This document shows, piece by piece, positions 8,479 through 14,859 of a stretch of 38,069 nt of DNA. The stretch is from the IMG/VR virus record IMGVR_UViG_3300012933_000331, positions 1 to 38,069 of that record; one strand, given 5' to 3'. The notes below the pieces were generated by a model, which saw only the letters and a program-made list of their open reading frames with translations, did no database searches and was not told where the DNA came from. The position numbers were made by a program, and so were the translations under genes. This DNA is from a virus (lineage: Duplodnaviria > Heunggongvirae > Uroviricota > Caudoviricetes). Position 1 is the first letter of the stretch, and the number at the start of each line of letters is the position of its first letter.

Positions 8479-10446
8479 ATGAACACACCATCAACACGAG
8501 CGCAGGTAATTACACGTCGTACATATAATCGCCCAACTTCAGACGACGGAAAACAATTTGAAACATGGCAAGAAACGGTAGCTCGCGTTATCGACCACCA
8601 AGAGTGGTTGTGGGAACGAGCAGCAGGACGCGAACTCAATGACCAAGAGTACGCAGAGCTTTATGATCTGGAGCAACTAATGCTAGATCGTAAAGTGTTG
8701 ATGAGCGGTCGTACACTTTGGCTTGGTGGAACTAATGTTGCTAAAACTCGCGAAGCATCGCAGTTTAATTGTAGCTTCACACACGTTGAAACAATCTATG
8801 ACGTAGTTGACGTCTTATGGTTGTTGCTACAAGGTTGTGGTGTTGGATTCAAGCCAATTGTTGGTACACTAAACGGCTTTTCAAAGCCAATTAAAAATAT
8901 TCGTGTAGTGCGTAGCACACGCACTGAAAAAGGTGGTAATGAATCTAATACCGAAACGTTTGATCCTGAAAACAAAACTTGGACAATCACAGTTGGAGAC
9001 AGCGCAGAGGCTTGGGCAAAGTCTATTGGTAAGCTGCTTGCGGGTAAGTACCCTGCTGATACTCTCGTTCTTGATTTTAGTCAGTTGCGACCTGCTGGTG
9101 AAAGGTTAAAAGGTTATGGATGGATTTCTAGTGGAGATAGTGCTATTAGCACTGCCTATACTGCCATTGCTAATATTCTTAATGGCAGGGCCGATAGTCT
9201 TCTTACTCGTATGGATATTCTGGATATCGTTAATCATCTGGGTACCATACTTAGTTCGCGTCGGAGCGCTGAAATTGCCTTGTTCGACTACGACCAACCA
9301 GAGTGGGAAGAATTTGCAGTAGCCAAAAAAGACTGGTGGTTGCATAACAATGCACACCGCACACAATCAAACAACAGCTTAGTATTTAAAAAGAAGCCGC
9401 TTAAGTCAGATTTAGAAAAAATCTTTGGGATGATGACAGAAGCTGGCGGAAGTGAACCAGGATTTATCAATGAAGTCGAAGCCCTCCGACGTGCTCCGTG
9501 GTTTAAGGGAGCCAATCCATGCGTTGAGATCTTACTCGGTAACAAGGCTTTCTGTAACCTTACCGAAACTGACATTGCCAAGTTCAAAGGCGACACTGCC
9601 GGCTTGCACAACGCTATTAGACTGGCAGCACGTGCAAACTATCGACAAACCTGTGTTAATCTTCAGGACGGCATACTTCAAGAATCTTGGCATCTTAACA
9701 ACTATTTCCTACGACTATGCGGAGTAGGTTTAACAGGTATTGCAATGCGTCCAGACATGGGCAGCTATGACTACGAATACTTGAAGCGCACTGCAACAGG
9801 TGCTGCTATTGGCATGAGTCAGGAACTTGGATTGCCAGCTCCAAAGAATGTAACCTGTATCAAACCATCAGGAACTCTCAGCAAGATCATGGATACAACT
9901 GAGGGTGTTCACAAACCACTAGGAAAGTACATTTTCAACAATGTTCAATTTAGTAAACATGACCCGGTGGTTGAGAAGCTACGTGAAGCGGGTTACCGTG
10001 TTATTAATCATCCTGTTGATGATTCTGGAGTGCTTGTTACGTTTCCGGTAATGTGGGACGGGGTACCTTTTGACAAAGTTGATGGTAAAGAAGTCAACAT
10101 TGAGTCAGCAGTTGTACAGCTTGAACGGTACAAACTGCTACAAACATCGTGGAATCAACAAAACACGTCAGTAACTATCAGCTATGACCAATCAGAGATT
10201 CCAGCAATCATTGACTGGTTACTAGATAACTGGGATTGTTATGTTGGCGTGAGTTTTATCTACCGCACAGACCCAACTAAAACAGCCAAAGACTTGGGCT
10301 ACTTATACCTTCCACAAGAAGTTGTAGACGAGTCCACTTATCAAGAGTATGTTAAAACACTAGGAGAAGTTGATCTCAATAATACCAATAGTTTTGACGA
10401 AATCACAGATGCAGAATGTGCCACAGGCGCTTGCCCAATTAAATAA
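8479..10446 (+). CDS. nrdJ: Class II adenosylcobalamin-dependent ribonucleotide reductase (monomeric RTPR type)
   Basis: QFNCSF, LLQGCGVGF, RRSAEIAL, GSEPGF, active-site ANPCVEI, CNLTE, GVGLTG, TCIKPSGTLS and the C-terminal redox pair ECATGACPIK; no small subunit nearby. Confidence 0.92.
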   Translation: MNTPSTRAQVITRRTYNRPTSDDGKQFETWQETVARVIDHQEWLWERAAGRELNDQEYAELYDLEQLMLDRKVLMSGRTLWLGGTNVAKTREASQFNCSFTHVETIYDVVDVLWLLLQGCGVGFKPIVGTLNGFSKPIKNIRVVRSTRTEKGGNESNTETFDPENKTWTITVGDSAEAWAKSIGKLLAGKYPADTLVLDFSQLRPAGERLKGYGWISSGDSAISTAYTAIANILNGRADSLLTRMDILDIVNHLGTILSSRRSAEIALFDYDQPEWEEFAVAKKDWWLHNNAHRTQSNNSLVFKKKPLKSDLEKIFGMMTEAGGSEPGFINEVEALRRAPWFKGANPCVEILLGNKAFCNLTETDIAKFKGDTAGLHNAIRLAARANYRQTCVNLQDGILQESWHLNNYFLRLCGVGLTGIAMRPDMGSYDYEYLKRTATGAAIGMSQELGLPAPKNVTCIKPSGTLSKIMDTTEGVHKPLGKYIFNNVQFSKHDPVVEKLREAGYRVINHPVDDSGVLVTFPVMWDGVPFDKVDGKEVNIESAVVQLERYKLLQTSWNQQNTSVTISYDQSEIPAIIDWLLDNWDCYVGVSFIYRTDPTKTAKDLGYLYLPQEVVDESTYQEYVKTLGEVDLNNTNSFDEITDAECATGACPIK

Positions 10447-10448
10447 TT

Positions 10449-10640
10449 ATGACACAACAAAATCCAACATTTACCTTTACCTTTGATCTTAATGAGGCTA
10501 ATGCAATTTTAGCTGCACTACAAGAGTTGCCAGGCAAGATCTGTAATCCACTATCTGAGAAACTCAAATCTCAGGCACAGGCTCAGATCGACGCAAACGC
10601 AAAAACTGTTGACACAGCAGAAACAGCTAAAGCAGAGTAA
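10449..10640 (+). CDS. Small hypothetical protein
   Basis: 63-aa ORF 2 nt after nrdJ; ExNxILxALxELP pattern that I recognise as a recurring small phage protein; followed by a terminator. Confidence 0.7.
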   Translation: MTQQNPTFTFTFDLNEANAILAALQELPGKICNPLSEKLKSQAQAQIDANAKTVDTAETAKAE

Positions 10641-10654
10641 CTTCTAGCCAAAAG

Positions 10655-10690
10655 AAAAGCCCCCGAATCTTGCGATGCGGGGGCTTTTTT
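10655..10690. terminator. Bidirectional intrinsic terminator ending the + strand replication arm
   Basis: AAAAGCCCCCG-A-ATC-TTGC-GAT-G-CGGGGGCTTTTTT: GC stem flanked by an A-tract and a T-tract. Confidence 0.9.
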
Positions 10691-10701
10691 GTCGTCAAAA
10701 A

Positions 10702-10827
10702 TTGTCAGGGTGCGCCAATGCACTTGCAGAAAAATACTCCGAACACGGATTAAGTGCTTTTTTAAGTGAACGTATTGATGAACATCGTAAACACGGATGG
10801 CCGCTGTATTCCTCAATGGAACTATAA
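10702..10827 (+). pseudogene. dps: 3' relic of a Dps/ferritin-like gene
   Basis: Frame 1 reads LSGCANALAEKYSEHGLSAFLSERIDEHRKHGWPLYSSMEL* (TAA 10825-10827), resembling the last helix of Dps-like proteins as I recall them (EHGLSNFLAERxDAHRKHxWML). There is no upstream coding part or RBS, and the only in-frame ATG upstream (10675) lies inside the terminator stem. Confidence 0.65.
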
Positions 10828-10831
10828 AAAG

Positions 10832-10866
10832 AAAGCCCGCTATAGCAATATAGCGGGCTTTTTTAT
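10832..10866. terminator. Bidirectional intrinsic terminator ending the - strand arm
   Basis: AAAGCCCGCTATA-GCAA-TATAGCGGGCTTT perfect 13-bp stem, T-tract on both strands, immediately adjacent to the stop of ORF 10867..11247. Confidence 0.92.
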
Positions 10867-11247
10867 TTAACCGTCCGAAGACTCCAGCAAGTTAGCCGCA
10901 AACAACAAGTCCTTGGCATCAGTTCGCTCTCGCATGATTTGGTCACGCTTTTGCGCTGCCCAAGTTTGACCACCATCTCCGCCCCATAAATCCCAGGCTA
11001 CTCGCCCTTTTGAGGGAAAACCTTCTTCACCACTATTAAACCCAGTGGCTTTTTTATCTACTTCGTGGCGACTGAAAAAACTATGCATACGTAGCACAGT
11101 TGTGCCAGTTAGTGGATCACGGTCTTTTAGTTGATTTGCTCTGGCTAGTCCAACAAGTGTACCGCCCGGCTTACCTTCTTCTTTCCACTTTAGTGCACGT
11201 TTTGCCGCTGTGGCCATGCCTTCTGTGGGTGTATATGTTTCTGCCAT
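10867..11247 (-). CDS. Conserved phage hypothetical protein (RMxSFFxRHEVDK / GRVAWDLWGG domain)
   Basis: 126-aa ORF coupled to phoH (2-nt gap); the motif set is one I recall from phage head-associated proteins; function unknown. Confidence 0.8.
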   Translation of the reverse strand: MAETYTPTEGMATAAKRALKWKEEGKPGGTLVGLARANQLKDRDPLTGTTVLRMHSFFSRHEVDKKATGFNSGEEGFPSKGRVAWDLWGGDGGQTWAAQKRDQIMRERTDAKDLLFAANLLESSDG

Positions 11248-11249
11248 TT

Positions 11250-12008
11250 TTAATTCCTATAAGCCATAATAATCTGTTTACACATCTTACTACGTACAAT
11301 ATCTTCATCTAGGAACTCAATAACTTCAATTCCTTCGATACCTTCTAAGCGATCTACTGCATCTTCTAGCCCGCTATCAGGAATATCAGATTGCTCTGTG
11401 TCCCCTGAAAAGATCATTTTACAATTTTTACCGATTCGTGATAAGAGCATTTTCATTTCTTCACGAGTACAGTTTTGTGCCTCGTCAACTAACACAATGC
11501 AATTATCAAATGTAGTGCCTCGCAAGAACCCAAGTGGAGTGGGGTCAATGTCTTTTGACTTCAAGCAATATTCATAGAAACCTTTTCCAAGTGCTTTAGT
11601 AAAGATTGCATCAAAGGGTAGCAAGTACGGAGCATACTTTTCTTCAAGAGTGCCTGGCAAGAATCCAAGGCCTCGACCAGTTTCAATATTCGGTCTGGTT
11701 AAGATAACTTTATCTATGCGCTTGTGAAATAGTTCACTTGCAGCATAACTGGCTGCAATGTATGTTTTACCAGTACCGGCACTGCCAATACCAAATATAA
11801 CATCGTTGTTTTTGATAGCGTCTAGATATTCACCTTGTACGAAGTTTAGTGGCTGAACTTCTTTAAAGGTATAATTGCGTTGAGGAACAGGTTCGCTGAC
11901 TCCAGCATGTTTTTCACTGCGCAGCCTAGACTTTTCTTCTTGCGAAGGGCGATTACTAGACTTCTTTGCTGGAAAGGTGCGATGGGTTTTACCACTATTT
12001 CTTGCCAT
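11250..12008 (-). CDS. phoH: PhoH-family P-loop ATPase
   Basis: GSAGTGKT, ILTRP, LGFLPGTLEEK, FLRGTTF, VDEAQN, LSRIG, SGDTEQSD, DIVRS. Confidence 0.95.
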   Translation of the reverse strand: MARNSGKTHRTFPAKKSSNRPSQEEKSRLRSEKHAGVSEPVPQRNYTFKEVQPLNFVQGEYLDAIKNNDVIFGIGSAGTGKTYIAASYAASELFHKRIDKVILTRPNIETGRGLGFLPGTLEEKYAPYLLPFDAIFTKALGKGFYEYCLKSKDIDPTPLGFLRGTTFDNCIVLVDEAQNCTREEMKMLLSRIGKNCKMIFSGDTEQSDIPDSGLEDAVDRLEGIEGIEVIEFLDEDIVRSKMCKQIIMAYRN

Positions 12009-12048
12009 GTACTTCCTTGTTGGTTTATAAAACTGGGGGTAAGTATAG

Positions 12049-12077
12049 ATTATACCACCCCTTTAAAAATATGTCAA
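12049..12077 (-). promoter_or_regulatory. Sigma70 consensus promoter for phoH
   Basis: On the minus strand TTGACA (12077-12072), 17 nt, TATAAT (12054-12049), with TG immediately upstream of the -10; AAGGAAG RBS before the phoH ATG. Confidence 0.88.
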
Positions 12078-12085
12078 ATAAAAAT

Positions 12086-12289
12086 TTACTTAGCCTGTTT
12101 ATCTGGTACTTTTGTGCCTTCAAGCTTTTTGTGGATTTTTACTTCTTTGCAGACTTCTTTTGGCTTTTTGGTTTTAGCGTCCGTTTGCTCAACACAAACC
12201 TTTTTGGTTTCTGCCGCAAATGCTGGATGGTTATAGGACACTAAACATACTACCACTACCATTAATACGCTTCCAATTAATCTTTTCAT
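12086..12289 (-). CDS. Small secreted Lys-rich protein (envelope cluster gene I)
   Basis: MKR + hydrophobic core + AFA|AE signal peptide; two Cys in the mature part (VCVE...EVCKE). Confidence 0.75.
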   Translation of the reverse strand: MKRLIGSVLMVVVVCLVSYNHPAFAAETKKVCVEQTDAKTKKPKEVCKEVKIHKKLEGTKVPDKQAK

Positions 12290-12745
12290 TTAAATCTCCG
12301 GTTGTGGTGCTGGCTGTGGAGCTGGCTTACCATTAATCATTATAACTTGCGGTGCAAAACCAGTGCCATTAAATCCAGCCGTGGTACTTAATCCAGGCGA
12401 AAACGTTGGTTCTTGCTTGGGTACGTAACTGGTTTTTGCTGCAGCAGTGGCGTTGTCTTGCGCTTGCTTCATCATGGCTAGTGTAGCATCTACTTCTTCC
12501 TTGCTTCCACCTGCTAACATAATACCACTTAGCGTACCTGTTAGGAATGTGGCAATTGGTACAATTAGTTCAAAGAACTTTTGATCTATTGGACTAATAG
12601 CGTTTAGTGGTTGTGTTACAAAAATAAGTGAGTAGAGTACCACAAACACAATTCCTGTTAGTGTTAGTGCTAAACAAACACCAATAAAGAATTTTAAACG
12701 AGCCATTAGCTGCTCGTCAGTATATATAAACGAATTATTTGACAT
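12290..12745 (-). CDS. Two-TM membrane protein with Pro/Gln-rich tail (envelope cluster gene H; holin candidate)
   Basis: TM1 FFIGVCLALTLTGIVFVVLYSLIFV, TM2 FFELIVPIATFLTGTLSGIMLAGG; abuts the next gene. Confidence 0.75.
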   Translation of the reverse strand: MSNNSFIYTDEQLMARLKFFIGVCLALTLTGIVFVVLYSLIFVTQPLNAISPIDQKFFELIVPIATFLTGTLSGIMLAGGSKEEVDATLAMMKQAQDNATAAAKTSYVPKQEPTFSPGLSTTAGFNGTGFAPQVIMINGKPAPQPAPQPEI

Positions 12746-13013
12746 CGCAACGCACCTCTGGTTTACCTAGTTGTTGTTTTGCTAAAATGTTTTGGGCTTC
12801 TTCTGGAGGCCCAAGTCGTGGATCACGTTGCCCTTTGAACACGTGCTCTGGACAGGTGCGTGTTACGTCACACTGTGGTTTTTGGCATAGTGGCTTATCC
12901 CAGTTCTGTGGATCTTGACAGGGGTATCGGAATCGGTCACCGCCAAAAAATGCTAGTCCAACGGGCAGTACTAGTAAAAATGCCAGCCATTTTACCATTT
13001 TTAAATCATTCAT
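12735..13013 (-). CDS. Membrane-anchored/exported Cys-rich small protein (envelope cluster gene G)
   Basis: N-terminal hydrophobic segment, then RFRYPCQDPQNWDKPLCQKPQCDVTRTCP (4 Cys). A further Cys (VRCDVK) sits in the part overlapping gene H. Confidence 0.75.
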   Translation of the reverse strand: MNDLKMVKWLAFLLVLPVGLAFFGGDRFRYPCQDPQNWDKPLCQKPQCDVTRTCPEHVFKGQRDPRLGPPEEAQNILAKQQLGKPEVRCDVK

Positions 13014-13014
13014 G

Positions 13015-13578
13015 TTACTTTCCTGCTAGTGGGTTATCAATTGCTTTTTGGATCTTGTCATCCACGCTTCGGTTTAACCTATCAAGCTTTGAATCCGTTT
13101 CGCGCTTTAGTTTATCCATGTCGTCACGAGTACGATCTAAGTTAGCGCGTAAATCTTTTTGCATAAGCTTCAAGTCTTGGTCAGTTTCACGCTGTGCTTG
13201 TTTAACACTGCGCTCTATTTGTTCAGTTACTGACTCAGCACGGCGTATATCTGTTTTTAGGTCGTTTTTAATATCACGAGTGTAATCAGCACCTTTTTGA
13301 CTGTTTTCTTCAATTACCGCAAGGCGTTTATCAAAATCAGTTAGATCAGGTGCAGCATATTCTGAAATCTTTTTCTTCATGCCTACGTAGTCTTTGTAGA
13401 CTTCGAAAGCACCGTATAGTCCTCCAAGAATAGAACTAGCAAGTGTAAAAGCTATCATTAGTTTAGCTGGCGTAAACTCATAACCACCGATGCTAATAAC
13501 CGTATCTTTACTAGCATACTTTTTTGCAGCGGCTTCTAGTTCTTCGACTTTTTTATCTAAATTTTTATTTTCAGACAT
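13015..13578 (-). CDS. Single-TM membrane-anchored coiled-coil protein (envelope cluster gene F)
   Basis: AAGGAG RBS; one TM (LMIAFTLASSILGGLYGAF) followed by about 120 aa of charged heptad-rich helix. Confidence 0.8.
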   Translation of the reverse strand: MSENKNLDKKVEELEAAAKKYASKDTVISIGGYEFTPAKLMIAFTLASSILGGLYGAFEVYKDYVGMKKKISEYAAPDLTDFDKRLAVIEENSQKGADYTRDIKNDLKTDIRRAESVTEQIERSVKQAQRETDQDLKLMQKDLRANLDRTRDDMDKLKRETDSKLDRLNRSVDDKIQKAIDNPLAGK

Positions 13579-13586
13579 TGTGCTCC

Positions 13587-14000
13587 TTATTTGTTGCCTG
13601 AATTTTCAAACTTCAGGTTTTTTAGATTCTGCAACTCACGCTCCAATCGCTGAACTTCTATGCGCTTTTTACGAAGCTCTAATTGGTACAGTTCGTTACA
13701 GTCTAGTCGTTCGCGCGGCGCACCTATAGGAATTGTGATCCTACCATACACACCAACTTCCCTGCCTTGAGCACTTGGGTCAGTTGTAACAGTAGCGGCG
13801 CTACGGTTAATAAGCCCTACTACGCCGAACTCTACGTTGGTACTAGAACCTATAGCCATAGAACAGTCCATGCCGTCCGCACGGAAGCTATCGCTTTGAT
13901 AGCTTCCGTAAGAACCGGGCAAGGATAGATTTAATGAACTTGGATTAGCTGTAGCCAGTATTGGCATAATCAAGGCTAAGCAGCAAAGTAATTTATTCAT
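13587..14000 (-). CDS. Secreted protein with amphipathic beta-hairpin and C-terminal coiled coil (envelope cluster gene E)
   Basis: Signal peptide ending ATA|NP; strands VEFGVVGLIN and VGVYGRITIPIG; two mature Cys; helix ELYQLELRKKRIEVQRLERELQNLK. Confidence 0.8.
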   Translation of the reverse strand: MNKLLCCLALIMPILATANPSSLNLSLPGSYGSYQSDSFRADGMDCSMAIGSSTNVEFGVVGLINRSAATVTTDPSAQGREVGVYGRITIPIGAPRERLDCNELYQLELRKKRIEVQRLERELQNLKNLKFENSGNK

Positions 14001-14377
14001 TGTTTAACTTTTGAACATATTTTAGAAGAAACTACTGTATGAGAAACTTCTTCTTTTCTTAGCCTAGATTCAGTACATATGTAAACTGCTTTAGATAAGT
14101 CTTGCTGCTTTACGTAGACGTTTATCTTTTTTGTTTCTAAGTATCGAACTTGTAAGAGTTTATCTTCGGAAGCGAACGTAACCGGCTGCCAGTCTTTATC
14201 ATAAACCGCTAGCTCATAGTACCCTACCTCTTTTCGTTTATTGAAAAGTTCCAGCTTTGTTTGCATGACTCCTTCTATGTAAGAGGAGTCAAAAACTGGA
14301 TAGGTAGGAGTAAACTGATGAGCACTAGCGGCTGCAGTAATACAAGCTAGTACTAAACCAATTACAGAGCGATACAT
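13997..14377 (-). CDS. Secreted Ig-fold-like protein, possible pilus-chaperone-like (envelope cluster gene D)
   Basis: Signal peptide ending ASA|HQ; alternating beta-strand pattern (LELFNKR, YYELAVYD, INVYVK); two mature Cys; ATGA overlap with gene E. Confidence 0.75.
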   Translation of the reverse strand: MYRSVIGLVLACITAAASAHQFTPTYPVFDSSYIEGVMQTKLELFNKRKEVGYYELAVYDKDWQPVTFASEDKLLQVRYLETKKINVYVKQQDLSKAVYICTESRLRKEEVSHTVVSSKICSKVKQ

Positions 14378-14859
14378 TCTGCTAATACCAGTGCCTTGTA
14401 TTCACCTGCTGGAAATGACTTGTTGTAGCCATATTCCGCTTTTGAGTTGGCCGTAAACCATACTGTGCCAGGCACAGTTAAGTCAAACTCTGTGGTACTA
14501 TTATAAACACGCTTGTTGGTTGTATAAGCAGACATTGCTGCATCTGTTACCTTGCTTACTTCCACGCCACCAGTCCAGTTAACTGCATCAGTTAATGTAG
14601 GGCTAGAAGTAAATGCAGTAGGCACAGTTACTGTGGCTTTGTAGTATCCAGACTCAACAACGTCGAATCTGATAACTGGACTAATACCACCATCTACGCG
14701 AGCTGTGCTCAGTGTATTTGGTGTGGAGTTGCCATATACACCTTGTGTATCTGTGTTAATAACACACTTAGAAGAAACAATACCACGAATAGGTACCTCT
14801 GCACTTTGTGTAGCTAAGCTTAAGCTTAGGGCTAGTGCCATTAATATATACTTAATCAT
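14362..14859 (-). CDS. Secreted fimbrial-pilin-like protein (envelope cluster gene C)
   Basis: Signal peptide; mature N-terminus VPIRGIVSSKCVIN and C-terminus FPAGEYKALVLAECIAL echo the IxGxVxxxxCxI and PAGxYxA(x)V patterns of chaperone-usher/Csu-type pilins; about 145-aa all-beta mature chain. Confidence 0.7.
   Translation of the reverse strand: MIKYILMALALSLSLATQSAEVPIRGIVSSKCVINTDTQGVYGNSTPNTLSTARVDGGISPVIRFDVVESGYYKATVTVPTAFTSSPTLTDAVNWTGGVEVSKVTDAAMSAYTTNKRVYNSTTEFDLTVPGTVWFTANSKAEYGYNKSFPAGEYKALVLAECIAL

Noticed and set aside
8479-10446. Intein, intron or homing endonuclease in nrdJ or the helicase
   Set aside because: Lengths are normal, motifs are contiguous, and there are no LAGLIDADG/HNH/GIY-YIG or intein splice motifs.
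10583-10816. 77-aa minus-strand ORF in the junction
   Set aside because: It runs through a terminator hairpin and into the convergent gene; the + strand frame of the same DNA has the protein-like (Dps) signal.
10675-10827. Intact 50-aa mini-gene starting at ATG 10675
   Set aside because: The ATG is buried in the terminator stem with no RBS, and the first residues are simply the translated terminator; better explained as a relic.
12009-12085. Pho box upstream of phoH
   Set aside because: No CTGTCAT-like 11-bp-spaced direct repeats are visible; only a sigma70 consensus promoter.
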